From: an uncultured Actinomycetota bacterium
GTDB lineage: Bacteria > Actinomycetota > Actinomycetes > Propionibacteriales > Nocardioidaceae
DNA: 64,000 nucleotides
Assembly: GCA_963819295.1 (NCBI GenBank)
Contig: CAWFVO010000001.1
Location: forward strand, 29,080-93,079
Reading direction: 5' to 3'
This document shows positions 30,321 to 41,830 of this stretch, piece after piece. Both the position numbers and the translations under genes were made by a program. The notes below the pieces were generated by a model. The model was not told where the DNA came from, made no database searches, and saw nothing but the letters and a program-made list of their open reading frames with translations. The first letter of the stretch is position 1; each line of letters opens with the position of its first letter.

Positions 30321-31904
30321 GTGCTGAAGTTCTTCATCATCGGGATCCTGCTGGCCCTGGGTGGCCTGACGACGCTGGCGGCCGCCATCGGTGGCGCGGG
30401 GTGGTGGGTGCTGCTCGTCGTCATCGTTCTGGTGCTGCTGCTCGGGATCCATGACGTCGTACAGCGGCGGCACTCGATCCTGCGCAACTATCCGGTGCTG
30501 GGCCATCTGCGCTTCCTGATGGAGGACGTGCGCCCGGAGTTGCAGCAGTACTTCATCGAGCGGAACTGGGACGGTCGGCCCTTTGATCGCGACACCCGTT
30601 CGTCGATCTACCAACGAGCCAAGAACATCAAGGAGGAGCAGCCCTTCGGCACCGAGCGAAACGTCGACCAACCAGGATATGAGTACCTGGTCCACTCAAC
30701 CCGGCCGGTGGATCCTGCTCCCGAGCCGCCGCGGGTCCTGATCGGTGGACCGGACTGCAAGCAGCCGTACGCGATGGCCCTCATGAACGTCTCGGCGATG
30801 AGCTTCGGCGCGATCAGCGCGAACGCCGTACGGGCCCTCAACCAGGGTGCTGCCAAGGGTGGTTTCGCGCACGACACCGGCGAGGGTGGGCTGAGCAAGT
30901 ACCACCGCAGCGGCGGTGACCTGGTCTGGGAGCTTGGGTCGGGCTACTTCGGCGCGCGCACGAAGGACGGCGACTTCGACCAGGAAAAGTTTCGCGACAC
31001 CGCCGCCGATCCGCAGGTCAAGATGACGTCGCTCAAGCTCAGCCAAGGCGCCAAGCCGGGCATCGGTGGGGTGCTCCCCGGCGCGAAGGTGACCCAGGAG
31101 ATCGCGGACGCGCGCGGGGTCCCGAAGGGCGAGAAGTGTGTCTCGCCCAGTGCCCACAAGGTGTTCTCCACCCCACGTGAGCTCGTCTTGTTCATGGCTC
31201 GGATGCGTGAGCTCAACGGCGGAAAGCCGGCCGGCTTCAAGCTCTGCCTGGGCTCCCGTGCCGACTTCCTGGGCATCTGCAAGGCGATGGTCGCCGAAGC
31301 AGTGACTCCGGACTTCGTCATCGTCGACGGCGGTGAGGGCGGCACCGGTGCAGCCCCGCTGGAGTACGAGGACCATATCGGCACACCGCTCACCGAGGGG
31401 CTGCTCAACGTCCACAACTGCCTGGTCGGCGTCGGCCTGCGCGACCAGGTCAAGGTCGGGGCCAGCGGCAAGGTCGCCAGCGGGATCGACATCGTCAAGC
31501 GGATCATCCAGGGCGCCGACTACACCAACTCCGCGCGGTCGATGATGATGGCCGTCGGCTGCATCCAGGCCCAGACCTGTCACACCAACACCTGCCCGGT
31601 CGGTGTCGCCACCCAGGACCCCCGCCGCCAGCGCGCCCTCGACGTCGCCGACAAGACGGAGCGCGTCTACCACTACCAACAGCAGTGCCTCCAACAGGCG
31701 CTTCAGGTCATGGCCTCCTTGGGTGTGCACGGTCCCGAAGGTCTCCGGCCACACATGCTTCGGCGCCGCGTCGACCACGACGACGTCCGTTCGTACGCCG
31801 AGATGTTCCATCACCTCGAGCCCGGCCAGCTGTTGGCCGACCCACCCCCGGGCCGCTGGGCCCGTGACTGGGCACTCGCGGACCCCGACCGCTTCACCGT
31901 CTGA
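30321..31904 (+). CDS. FMN-binding glutamate synthase family protein (stand-alone, membrane-anchored)
   Basis: 'SAMSFGAIS', 'DTGEGG', 'KLSQGAKPGIGG', 'DGGEGGTGAAP', 'CIQAQTCHTNTCPVGVATQ'. Confidence 0.95.
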   Translation: MLKFFIIGILLALGGLTTLAAAIGGAGWWVLLVVIVLVLLLGIHDVVQRRHSILRNYPVLGHLRFLMEDVRPELQQYFIERNWDGRPFDRDTRSSIYQRAKNIKEEQPFGTERNVDQPGYEYLVHSTRPVDPAPEPPRVLIGGPDCKQPYAMALMNVSAMSFGAISANAVRALNQGAAKGGFAHDTGEGGLSKYHRSGGDLVWELGSGYFGARTKDGDFDQEKFRDTAADPQVKMTSLKLSQGAKPGIGGVLPGAKVTQEIADARGVPKGEKCVSPSAHKVFSTPRELVLFMARMRELNGGKPAGFKLCLGSRADFLGICKAMVAEAVTPDFVIVDGGEGGTGAAPLEYEDHIGTPLTEGLLNVHNCLVGVGLRDQVKVGASGKVASGIDIVKRIIQGADYTNSARSMMMAVGCIQAQTCHTNTCPVGVATQDPRRQRALDVADKTERVYHYQQQCLQQALQVMASLGVHGPEGLRPHMLRRRVDHDDVRSYAEMFHHLEPGQLLADPPPGRWARDWALADPDRFTV

Positions 31905-31914
31905 GAGGACGAGC

Positions 31915-33640
31915 ATGACCACTGTTGCCGAGCTGCTCATCCAGTCGTTGGCCGACTACGGCGTGACCCAGGTCTGGGGAGTCGTGGGCGACGCCCTCAA
32001 CCCGGTCACCGACGCCATCCGGCAAGAGGAGCGCATCGAGTGGATCGGCGTACGCCATGAGGAGGCCGGAGCCTTCGCGGCCAGCGCCCAGTCCCAGCTG
32101 ACCGGACGGCTCGCCGTCTGCATGGGCACCGTCGGACCGGGGGCCATTCACCTGCTCAACGGGCTGTACGACGCCAAGAAGAGCCACACGCCGGTGCTCG
32201 CCGTGCTCGGCCAGGTGCCGCGCGAGGAGCTGGGGAGCGACTTCTTCCAAGAGGTCGACAACGACGCGCTGTTCTCCGACGTCGCGGTGTTCTGCCAGAC
32301 CCTGACCAGCGTGGACCAGCTCCCGCTGATCCTCGAGCAAGCGGGTAACGCCGCGCTCCAGGAGAGAGGCGTCGCGGTCCTGACCCTGCCCGGCGACGTC
32401 GGCGGCCTGGACCTCCCCAAGCACACCGGCGTACCCCGCTTCGTCGAGGCGCGGCCTCAGGCCGTGCCGCCCGACGATGCGCTCCGCGCGGCTGCCAAGG
32501 CGATCAATGGCTCAGGTCCGGTCACCCTGCTCGTCGGTCAGGGCGCCCGTGAGGCCCGCGACGAGGTGATGACCCTCGCGGAACGGCTGAACGCCCCGAT
32601 GGTGCTGACCCTCAAGGCCAAGGAGGGCTTCGACGACGACAATCCCTACGAGGTCGGGCAGTCCGGCCTGATCGGCAACCACGCAACGACGATCGCCTTC
32701 GACGGGTGCGACACGCTCGTGCTGATCGGCACCGACTTCCCCTACCGGAACTTTCTGCCGAAGGGGAAGACGGTCGTCCAACTCGACATCCGAGGCACCC
32801 ACATCGGGCGGCGTACGCCGGTGGACCACGCGCTCGTCGGCGACGCCCGTCTGGGACTGCTGGCGCTTCTCCCGATGATCGACCCGCAAACGGACACCGC
32901 GCTCCTGGAGAAGGCGCGATCCTCCTACCGCCATTGGCAGGCGCGGCAGCGGAAGCTCGCCGACCCCGCGTACGAGGCCAAGCCCACGGGACTCCTGCGA
33001 CGGAAGATCGACAACCCCGAGTCACGGATCCGGCCAGAACTGGTCGCGGCGACCGTCGACCGGCTGGCGTCGTCCGACGCGATCTTCACCACGGACACCG
33101 GCATGTCCACTGTCTGGTTGTCGCGGTTCGTCCGGATCACCGCCGCCCGGCGGCTGATCGGCTCCTACAACCTCGGCTCCATGGCGAACGCCATGCCCCA
33201 GGCCCTCGGTGCCCAGGGCCTCGACCGCACCCGCCAGGTGGTCGCCTTCTGCGGCGACGGCGGTCTGTCGATGTTGATGGGCGACCTGATCACCGCGGTC
33301 AGCCACGACCTGCCGGTCAAGCTCGTGGTCTTCGACAACGGCCGTCTCGGCATGGTGAAGCTCGAGATGGAACAGGTCGGGCTACCCGAGTTCGGGACAG
33401 TTCTCCACAACCCTGACTTCGCCCGCGTCGCCGACGCCATCGGTATGAAGGGGATCCGGGTGGAACGGCCGGACGGCGTCGAGGCCGCCATCAGCGGCCG
33501 CATTCGCTCACGACGGGCCCGCTCTCGTGGACTGCATCACGAACGCCGACGAGATCGCCATCCCCCCGAAGCCGACACTCGAGCAAGGCTGGGGCTTCGC
33601 GATCGCCAAGACTCGCGAGTTCATCGACAGCGCTGAGTGA
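31915..33640 (+). CDS. poxB: ThDP-dependent pyruvate dehydrogenase (quinone)/pyruvate oxidase; frameshift near 33500
   Basis: 'GVVGDALN', 'RHEEAGAFAA', 'GPGAIHLLNGLYDA', 'GSMANAMPQA', 'GDGG...DNGRLG'; last ~45 codons in a shifted frame ending at 33640. Confidence 0.88.
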
Positions 33641-33929
33641 CGGCCTCCCGCCTGACGCGGTGCGATTCGCGAGTGTCGGGTACGGCGGGGTGCGCCCGGC
33701 CGCTGGGTGGTTGAGGCCCTCTGCCACGGGGGGATTGGCAGTAGCGGCCGGGCGCATCAGCTGCCGAGCCAGCCGTAGTAGGGGCTTCCCGCCGGGCCCA
33801 AATCAGCGGGACCCTCCAACTCGACCTGAACGATTCCCCGACCCAGGAGCTCTCAAACACGGGTGCGCTCCGCGGCACAGCGTGAGCCGTAGCGACGGGG
33901 TGCAAGCCTGGCCTGTCCTACGGGTGCCT

Positions 33930-34120
33930 GAGAGGTGGTGCTTGAAGGTGATGTGGGTGGCCTTGCCGCTCGGGGTGGTGTAACCGTGCCGTGGATGCCT
34001 GGGTATCTGCCTGTGCCCCCGGTGATGAGCACGCCTTGAGGGCTACTGCGACCTCGATCTTCAGCATCCCGGTCGTGAGGTTGACGTGACCGGTGTTGGA
34101 GTCATACCCGAGGACCTGGT
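33930..34120 (-). pseudogene. Degraded remnant of a dirigent/allene-oxide-cyclase-like beta-barrel protein gene
   Basis: Fragments in different frames: 'QVLGYDSNTGHVNLTTGMLKIEVAVALK', 'LITGGTGRYPGIHGTVT', 'SGKATHITFKHHL'. Confidence 0.4.
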
Positions 34121-34211
34121 GAGTCGTGGGGCTGCGGTCGGTGTGGGAGCCGACGAAAAGAGAGTGGAACTGGCGCTGGGCGGGTCGAGTTACACATGTC
34201 TCCAGGTGGGC

Positions 34212-35255
34212 CTACGCGTCGCGGCGTCGGAGGAGTAGGAGGGTGGTGGCGATGAGAAGGACGGCGACGACGGTGAGCCAGCCGAACTCGATCCATTGAA
34301 AGGTCCAGTAGCGGCTCGCGGGCTGGAAGCTGGTCCATTGGGTATAGCCGTGGTGGAGCAGGTAGGTGAAGGGGTCGGCGCCTTGCCCGGGTCCGGCTGT
34401 GGCGGTGATCTTGCCTCCGCCGTTGGACTGGATCTGTGGCACGTGACCCGCTCGTAGGACCGCATTGAGCTGCGCCGTGCCCACGCGGGCCCCAGCCTTC
34501 TCCCACCATTGGGAAATCGTCTGCGACCCCGGGACGTAGGCGAGGCTGCTCGTCTTGAGGGGAGGCAGATAGTGGAGCCGCAGCTTGGAGGCGGCGAAGG
34601 CAAGTCCGAAGGTGACCAGGACGGCGGTCGCGAGCGCGGGCAGAACGCGGCGCCAGAGGAGCCCCGCCAGGATGGCGACGGCGTACGTTGCAAGGCCCCA
34701 GCCGATGATCGCGATCCCCGTGGTGGGGAACTCGCTGGCCTCGAGCCGTGGTGTGATCTGGGCTTGCCAGAGTGGTTGGTCGTGCCAGGCCACGAGGGCA
34801 CCGAAAGCGCCGGCGACGATCGTGACGACGGCGACTCCGGTGAAGACCATGGCGATCGCCCATCGGCTTCGTCCGGCGCCTTGGGTCCAGGCGTACCTGA
34901 AGGTGCCGGTCTCGAGCTCGCGACCGATGAGTGGTGCACCGACGAAGGCGCCGAACAACAGCGGGGCGAAGAGGAACAGTGCACTGAGGATGCCGGGGTT
35001 GGAGTGGGTGTCGTCGAAGTTCGCCAACGCGAAGCTGCAGACGCGGGAGCGGTGCGGGTCGCAGCCTTGGACGGCATGCCATGCCGACCTCATCTGGAGA
35101 CCCGTGATGAGCAGGTAGATCGCAGTGAGGCCGAGCACAGCGAGGATGGCCCAGATGGTGCTGCGGTGGCGCCGCCAGGTGACCCAGGCCAGGCTGCGCC
35201 ATGGAACGGGTCCCGCCGTGGCGGGGGGGACAGCAGCGAGGTCGGTCGTACTCAT
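34212..35255 (-). CDS. ABC-2 type transporter permease
   Basis: 'LAWVTWRRHR', 'GAPLIGRELETGTFRYAWTQG', 'QPASRYWTFQWIE'. Confidence 0.9.
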   Translation of the reverse strand: MSTTDLAAVPPATAGPVPWRSLAWVTWRRHRSTIWAILAVLGLTAIYLLITGLQMRSAWHAVQGCDPHRSRVCSFALANFDDTHSNPGILSALFLFAPLLFGAFVGAPLIGRELETGTFRYAWTQGAGRSRWAIAMVFTGVAVVTIVAGAFGALVAWHDQPLWQAQITPRLEASEFPTTGIAIIGWGLATYAVAILAGLLWRRVLPALATAVLVTFGLAFAASKLRLHYLPPLKTSSLAYVPGSQTISQWWEKAGARVGTAQLNAVLRAGHVPQIQSNGGGKITATAGPGQGADPFTYLLHHGYTQWTSFQPASRYWTFQWIEFGWLTVVAVLLIATTLLLLRRRDA

Positions 35256-36136
35256 CGGACGATCTCCAAGGCGGCGGGTCGCGAAGCCTGGGCGTCTTCG
35301 CGGAGGTAGGCCATGGTCAGCTCCTCGAGACTGATCGAGCGAGCCTCCCAGCCCCGGGGGGCCGGGACTCCGGCCGGTGTCTCGACCAGCAGGTGCTGGT
35401 GGGCTCCGGCGCTGATGTTCTGGACGGTCCGCCATTGTGGATCAGGGGGTTGGCCAGGAGGTCCGGTGAGGAGGCGATGCTCACTCAGCAACTCCTCGAC
35501 CGCCCCGGCGATCCGTACTCGACCGCGGGAGATCAGCACGAGGTAGTCCGCGACCCTCTCGAGCTCTGCGAGCACATGGGAGGACAGCAGGACCGAGACC
35601 CCGTCCTCGGCCATCGCCGTCATCACGACCGCCATGAAGTCGTGTCGGGCAAGAGGGTCGAGCGACGCGGTGGGCTCATCAAGGACCAGGAGTCGTGGGC
35701 GTCTGGCCAGCGCGAGGGTCAGCGCCAGCTGCGCCCGCTGACCTCCCGAGAGCGAACCGGCCTTGCGGCGGGGCGCGATGTCGAGGTCCTTGATCCGAGC
35801 TCGGGCGTAGGCGTCGTCGAAGCGCCGGTTGAGGTTGCGGGTCAGGTGGATCATGTCGGCGGCTGACAGAGAGCGGTACAGCGGTGTGTCCTGGGCGACG
35901 AACGCGACCCCGTCCAGAGCATCCCGAGAGCCCGCCGGCACGCCACCGAGGACGTTCACATCACCGGAGGAGGGCCTGGCCAGACCGACCACGAGGTTCA
36001 GCAACGTGCTCTTGCCGGCACCGTTCGGGCCGACCAGCGCGACGAGCTGACCCTCTCCGAGAGCGAGCGTGCAGCTGGTCAAGGCGGTGACCCGGCCATA
36101 GCGCTTACCGAGCTCGCGGGTCTCGATGACGTTCAT
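35252..36136 (-). CDS. ABC transporter ATP-binding protein
   Basis: GPNGAGKST, LSGGQ, 'LVLDEPT', H-loop 'SSH'. Confidence 0.96.
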   Translation of the reverse strand: MNVIETRELGKRYGRVTALTSCTLALGEGQLVALVGPNGAGKSTLLNLVVGLARPSSGDVNVLGGVPAGSRDALDGVAFVAQDTPLYRSLSAADMIHLTRNLNRRFDDAYARARIKDLDIAPRRKAGSLSGGQRAQLALTLALARRPRLLVLDEPTASLDPLARHDFMAVVMTAMAEDGVSVLLSSHVLAELERVADYLVLISRGRVRIAGAVEELLSEHRLLTGPPGQPPDPQWRTVQNISAGAHQHLLVETPAGVPAPRGWEARSISLEELTMAYLREDAQASRPAALEIVR

Positions 36137-36594
36137 GCGACGCCCCCTCCCGAGCGACGGCCCGCACTCCTCGCGCCGCGGGCGCCGTCTTGCCCGCGAC
36201 GTTCAGCGAAATCCCGCAGCGTGCTGGAGAACAAGGCAACGATGCCGTCCTGTCCCAACCCGGAGGCATCGGCATCGGTCAGCCACGCCAGCAACGACTT
36301 CCTCAGCCCCGTGAGCCCCACGAGGTCGATCTGGTCCAACGTGCCCTCGATGAACGTCCCCTGGCCGGGCCGTCCCGCACTCAACCCCTTGCCCTCGAGA
36401 TCGCGGTACGCCTTCATCACCGTGTTCGGGTTGATCGCGAGGTCCGCCACGACCTCGCGCACCTTCGGCAGCTGGTCACCCGGCTTCAGATAGCCAAGAC
36501 GCAGCGCTTGCTCGACCTGATGAACCAGCTGCAGATAGGTCGGGACGCCCGATCCGGGATCGAGGGTGAACACGATCGGTGACGACCGATCCAC
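36133..36594 (-). CDS. GntR-family regulator (YtrA subfamily)
   Basis: 'PTYLQLVHQV', 'GDQLPKVREVVADLAINPNTVMKAYRDLE', 'GQGTFI'; GGAG RBS before GTG at 36594. Confidence 0.92.
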   Translation of the reverse strand: MDRSSPIVFTLDPGSGVPTYLQLVHQVEQALRLGYLKPGDQLPKVREVVADLAINPNTVMKAYRDLEGKGLSAGRPGQGTFIEGTLDQIDLVGLTGLRKSLLAWLTDADASGLGQDGIVALFSSTLRDFAERRGQDGARGARSAGRRSGGGVA

Positions 36595-36610
36595 CGCGGC
36601 TCCGTTTCTC

Positions 36611-36636
36611 TGTTTATCTATCGCCATAGTTAAACA
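36611..36636. promoter_or_regulatory. YtrA-type operator palindrome
   Basis: TGTTTATCTAT-cgcc-ATAGTTAAACA, 11-bp arms with one mismatch, just upstream of gntR. Confidence 0.75.
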
Positions 36637-36801
36637 ATACATCGTCGTCGCCGGGCACGCAACCAGGCCTGCCGTGACGAGGTGCGGGGTGCCGGCTCGC
36701 TGTGTCGAGCAGCTCGCACGGTGCTTCCGGGCCTCGGTCTCGGATCCGACGACGAGGTCACGCCCCGCTAGACTCTCGCCGAGCACGGGGGACGGGGGAC
36801 C

Positions 36802-39800
36802 ATGGCCGCGGCCGAGGTGACAAGCGACGTCAGACGATTCCTTCTGCCCTACGTCCCGGGGCTGCTGCTGAGCTGGGCGCCCACGGGCCAGGACGCCCGG
36901 CACCTGCGAGTGACGGGCACCCTCGCGTTCGTCGACATCTCCGGCTTCACCCGCCTGACCGAGCGCTTGGCCCGCAAGGGCAAGGTCGGTGCCGAGGAGA
37001 TGAGCGACATCCTCAGCGCGACGTTCGCCGGCCTGCTCACCGAGGCCCGAGATGACGGCGCAGATCTTGTCAAGTGGGGCGGCGACGCGATCCTGCTGCT
37101 CTTCGAGGGGCCAGACCATGCCCTGCGGGCGGCACGTGCGGCGCACCGGATGCGCGCGGCCCTGCGCGTCATCGGGCGGGTGCCGACCACGTCGGGCAAC
37201 GTCACGTTGCGGATGTCGGTAGGGGTCCACAGTGGTGACTTCGACTTCTTCCTCGTGGGTGACCCCGACATCCACCGGGAACTGCTGATCAGCGGCCCGG
37301 CGGCCAGCGTCACAGCCGACACCGAGGCGGCGGCAGCGGCCGATCAGATCGGGCTCAGCCGGGCGACCGCCGCGCTGCTCGAACCCCAGCTGCTCGGGTC
37401 GCCGCTCCTCGACGGTCGTCTGTTGCGTACGGCGCCGGTGCTCGCCGACGTCCCGGCCGTCACCGATCACACGTACGCGACTGATCCCCTGCACGTGCTG
37501 CCCCCGCCGATCCGAAAGCATCTTCTCGACGGCACGGTGGCCCCGGAGCACCGGCTGATCACGGTGGCGTTCGTCCAGTTCTCCGGCACCGACGAACTGC
37601 TCCTGTCCGCCGGCCCGACGGTCCTCGCCGACGCGCTCGACGAGGTCGTGCGCAACGTGCAACGGGCCTGCGCCGACCACGACGTCACCTTCTTCGAGAC
37701 CGACATCAACCGCGACGGCGGCAAGATCATGCTGACCGCTGGGGCTCCGCGCAGCGCCGACCACGACGAGGAGCGGATGCTACGAGTCGCGCGCGTCGTC
37801 CTCGACCGCGCCGGGCGGCTCCCTTTGCGGATCGGGATCAACCGTGGCCACGTCTTCTCGGGCGACTTCGGGCCCTCGTTCCGGCGTACCTACTCCGTCA
37901 AGGGTGACGCCATCAATCTCGCGGCGCGGGTGATGGGGAAGGCAGCTCCCGGGCAGGCACTCGCGACGCTGGAGGTCGTGGCACGGTCGCAGACCGAGTT
38001 TCGCACCACGGAGCTACCGCCCTTCGTCGTCAAGGGCAAGACCGAGCCGGTGCATGCAGCCGCGATCGGGGCCCTGGTCGGCCAACGCTACGACGACCTG
38101 CACGCGTCGCCGCTGGTCGGGCGAGCGGAGGAGATGGCGTTCCTGGGCGATGCTCTCGACCAGGCGCGAGCCGGCCACGGAGGGTTGGTCGAGATCGTCG
38201 GAGACGCGGGCATCGGCAAGTCCCGCCTCGTCTCCGAGCTGCTGACCGGCCTGGACGACGTCCGGGTCGTCTCGGCGCCCTGCGAGCAGTACGAGTCGTC
38301 CACGGCGTACTTCCCCTTCCGGCGCCTGCTCCGGGGCGTGCTCGACGTACCGGCCAACGCCGACGCGCAGGACGTGGCGGCTCGGCTCGTCGACCAGGTC
38401 TCGCGTTGATGCTCCGCACCTCCTGCCGTGGGTGCCCCTGCTGGGCATTCCGCTCGACATCGCTCTTCCTCCGACGCCCGAGTCCGACGAGCTCGGCGAA
38501 GCCTTCCGCAAGGGCCGCTTGGAGGAGGTGCTGATCGAGCTCCTCGGCTACCTGACCCCAGGCCCCACCGTGCTCGTCATCGAGGACGCGGAGGTGATGG
38601 ACGACGCCTCGGCAGCGCTGCTGCAGCAGCTCGTCGACCGGATCGGCGACCGGCCGATGCTGGTGGTGGTCACCCGACGTGACCAGCCGACCGGCTTCGT
38701 GCCCGAACCCGACGGCACCTTCTTGTCGCTGCGGCCGGCACCACTCGACGCGGCCACAGCCGTCGCCCTGGTCCAGGTGGCCCTCCACGACCATCCCATG
38801 ACGCCCCAGGCGCTGTCCGCGCTGGCCCAACGCGGCGGTGGCAACCCGATGTTTCTCGAGGCCCTGGTGACCGAGGCTGCCCGGTCTGCACCTTTGGAGC
38901 AGCTGCCGGCGTCGGTCGAGGGTCTGGTCACCAGCCAGATCGACCGGCTGGACCCGGCAGACCGGACGGTGCTCCGATACGCCGCGATCCTGGGGATCGT
39001 GGTCGACGAGCGTGCCCTCGACACGCTGCTGGATGAGCATGACGCGCGGGTCCCGAGTGGTGCGATGGACCGGCTCGGCGCCTTCCTGATGCGGGACGGA
39101 CCTGGCCGGATCCGGTTCCGCAACGTGCTGATGCGCGACGTCGCCTACGAGGGTCTGCCCTACCGGCATCGGAAGATGCTGCACGACAGGGTCGGGCTGA
39201 CCATCGAGCGAGCGACCGAGAATCCGGAGACGCAGTGCGAGCTGCTCTCCCTGCACTTCTTCCACGCCGGGCGGCACGAGCGGGCCTGGCGCTACTCCGT
39301 CCTCTCCGGCGAACGCGCGCTCGCGAAGTTCGCCCACGGCGAGGCCATCGAGTTCCTGGCCCGGGCCACCCAGTCGACCCAGCATCACGGCGAGGTGCCG
39401 CCGGCGGAGCTGGGCCGCGTCTACGAGCTGCTGGCCGACTCCCGCTGGCTGGTGGGTCTGCCGAAGGGCGCCGCCGAGGCGTACGCGCAGGCGCGCAGGT
39501 ACCTGCGAGGAGACCCGGTGCGGCTGGCCGGCATCATCGAGAAGGAGGCACGGATCGACCAGCGCCATCGCAAGCACAGCCTGGCGATGCGTCGCATCTC
39601 GCGCGGTCTCGGTGACCTGGAAGGGGTCCCCGGACGCGAGGCCGCCATCGCCCGGTCACTCCTTTCCCGGCGGTATGCCCACAGCCGCTTCAGCCAGGGC
39701 CGCACCGACGAGGCGCTGCACTGGGCGGACCGGGCCGCGGACGAGGCGGAGGAGGCCCTCGACAAGGACGCCCTGGCGCAGGCGTACGAGATGCTGAACG

Positions 39801-40597
39801 CGATCTACGCCGGATCAGGTCGCGACGAGCCGCTGCCCTACGGCCGACTTGCCCTGCAGGCCTACACCGAGCTGCGCAACCTGCCGCGCCAGGGCCACTG
39901 CCTCAACAACCTCGCGACGCAGGACTACCAGGCCGGACGCTGGAACGAGTCGCTCGACAACCTGCGGCAGGCCACCGACATCTTCCGCCGCATCGGCGAC
40001 ACCGCATCGGAGGGCAACGCCAGCTACAACCAGGCCGAACTCCTGATACGCCAGCGTCGGTACGACGAAGCAGGTGCCCTGCTCCCCGAGGTCCTGCGGA
40101 TCGCCCGAGCGGTCGAGGACGAGGAGCTCGCCGCCCTGGCGCACCGCGAGCTCGCACGTGCCCTGGCGGGGTCCGGAGACCTCGACGCAGGGGTGGCGAT
40201 GCTGGCGGAGGCGCGGAGCCTCTTCGAGTCCCTCGGGGAGGACGGTGAGGTGCTGGCCACCGATCTGACGAGGGTCGAGGTCCTGCAGGACGCCGGACAC
40301 GCGGACGAGTCGACCGAGATCCTCGAGCGGCTGACGACCGGGGACGACGGCACCGTCGACGCCGCACTGCACCGCCTGATCGCGCGCCAGCACCTCGTCG
40401 AGGGACGGCTCGACGAGGCCCGGTTGATGCTCCACGCCGGGCTCGACGCGGCCGAGCGGGAGTCCAACCGTTACGAGCAGGGGATGCTGCTGGCCGAGTC
40501 CGCAGCCCTGGCCCGGCGCGAGGGCTCACCCGACGAGACAGCGCAACGCCGTGCCGACGAGATCTTCGACTCGTTGGGAGTGGTGGAGCGATCCTGA
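36802..40597 (+). CDS. Tandem class III nucleotidyl cyclase - STAND AAA ATPase - TPR protein (frameshift near 38405)
   Basis: C1 'FVDISGFT...KWGGDA'; C2 'GDAINLAARVM'; Walker A GDAGIGKS; Walker B 'VLVIEDAEVMD'; STAND GxP 'GGNPMF'; 'FRNVLMRDVAY'; C-terminal TPR-like repeats. Confidence 0.92.
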
Positions 40598-40612
40598 GGT
40601 CGCCGACGTGCG

Positions 40613-41629
40613 TCAGCCGACGCTGGTCCTCATGTCCTGGTCGAAGAGCAGGTACAGGATCGTGTCACCGGAGTTGTCCCGCTTGCTCTGCACGTAGTCC
40701 ACACACGCGTCCTGGCCGGCACCGATGGTGTTCTTGGCCGGGCACGCGTCGGCAAGGCCCAGCGCGGTGTTGCCGCCGAGGGAGAACGACAAGTGAACGT
40801 TCGAGATCGCGCCGCCGCCACACAGGGACTTGTCGCACTTGACGACGAGAGTGGCAGGCGCCGTCTTGGTGTAGCCCAGCCCGGAGAGGTCCGCCAGTGC
40901 CTGCACGACCGCGCCCTTGTTGCTGCCGCAGGCGGCGTACGTCGGGTCGCAGGCGCCGAGGGCCAGGAGCACCTGGGAGCTCGCACCGAAGGGCAACGAG
41001 AGGACTCCGCACACGGGTCGGGCCGCGGTCGCGTTGCTGCACGTGTCGTCGTCGCCGCCGATCCCGGACGAGCCACCGGCGGCCACCGTCGTCGGTGTGT
41101 GCAGCTCGGAGAGCACGTCGAACCGCTGGTCGGGGATCTGGCTGCCGTCGATGAACGTGAAACCCGAGGTGCCGTCGCTCGACGTGGCGCTCAGCCCCTT
41201 GGACTGACCGCTGGCGACCTTCACCGTGACCTGGACCTGGTTGGCGGCCGTGCCGAGGCTGGTGGTGATGTCCGCGGAGGTCGCGCCCTTCAGCGCCGTG
41301 CCGGTGGCGGGAGAGAGTGCGCCCCGGTTGCTCGAGATCGACAGCGTCGTGTTGGTGTTGAACGACGCCGGCGCCCCGGTGGCGTCGTAGAAGCTGACGT
41401 GGACCGTGAAGGATCCGCCGGCCTGGACCAGCACATACGGCACCGCTCCACCCGGAGTGCCGACCGGAGCCGTGGTGCCGGACTCGATACCGGTCAGCAC
41501 CATCTTCACCGGGGTAGTCGGGCTCGCCGCAGTCGCGGTGGTCGTGACGATGCCTGCCAGAGCGGCAGCCAGGCAGCCGACGAGAACCAGCAAGAAGAGG
41601 CGCCAACGGGACGTGGACTTGTGGGTCAT
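40613..41629 (-). CDS. Secreted Cys-rich hypothetical protein
   Basis: Signal peptide 'MTHKSTSRWRLFLLVLVGCLAAALAGIVTTTATA'; Ig-like Thr/Ser/Gly-rich N-half; 8 Cys in the C-half. Confidence 0.8.
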   Translation of the reverse strand: MTHKSTSRWRLFLLVLVGCLAAALAGIVTTTATAASPTTPVKMVLTGIESGTTAPVGTPGGAVPYVLVQAGGSFTVHVSFYDATGAPASFNTNTTLSISSNRGALSPATGTALKGATSADITTSLGTAANQVQVTVKVASGQSKGLSATSSDGTSGFTFIDGSQIPDQRFDVLSELHTPTTVAAGGSSGIGGDDDTCSNATAARPVCGVLSLPFGASSQVLLALGACDPTYAACGSNKGAVVQALADLSGLGYTKTAPATLVVKCDKSLCGGGAISNVHLSFSLGGNTALGLADACPAKNTIGAGQDACVDYVQSKRDNSGDTILYLLFDQDMRTSVG

Positions 41630-41830
41630 CAGCCATCGTTTCTCTAGGTGGCCGAGAGCCTGCACCAGCCTGGGGTGATGACGGCGAAGGGTCAATGAGC
41701 CGTCTCGGCCAGGGGCACGGGCGTTCGGCACGCCGTCGGGTCCCTCGGAATGCGGCGCCTCAACATCCACAACGGTGGCGGGGCGTGGCTCACTACGTGA
41801 GCCACCCGTCGTGTCAGTAGGCTCCGGGTC

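Noticed and set aside
36595-37764. 543-aa GntR ORF with a long N-terminal extension
   Set aside because: Antisense to the cyclase and runs through the operator; RBS supports a start at 36594.
38395-38432. Programmed frameshifting in the cyclase (also patatin fusion, poxB, prmC, pilD)
   Set aside because: No slippery heptamer or stimulatory structure seen; scattered single indels fit sequencing error better.
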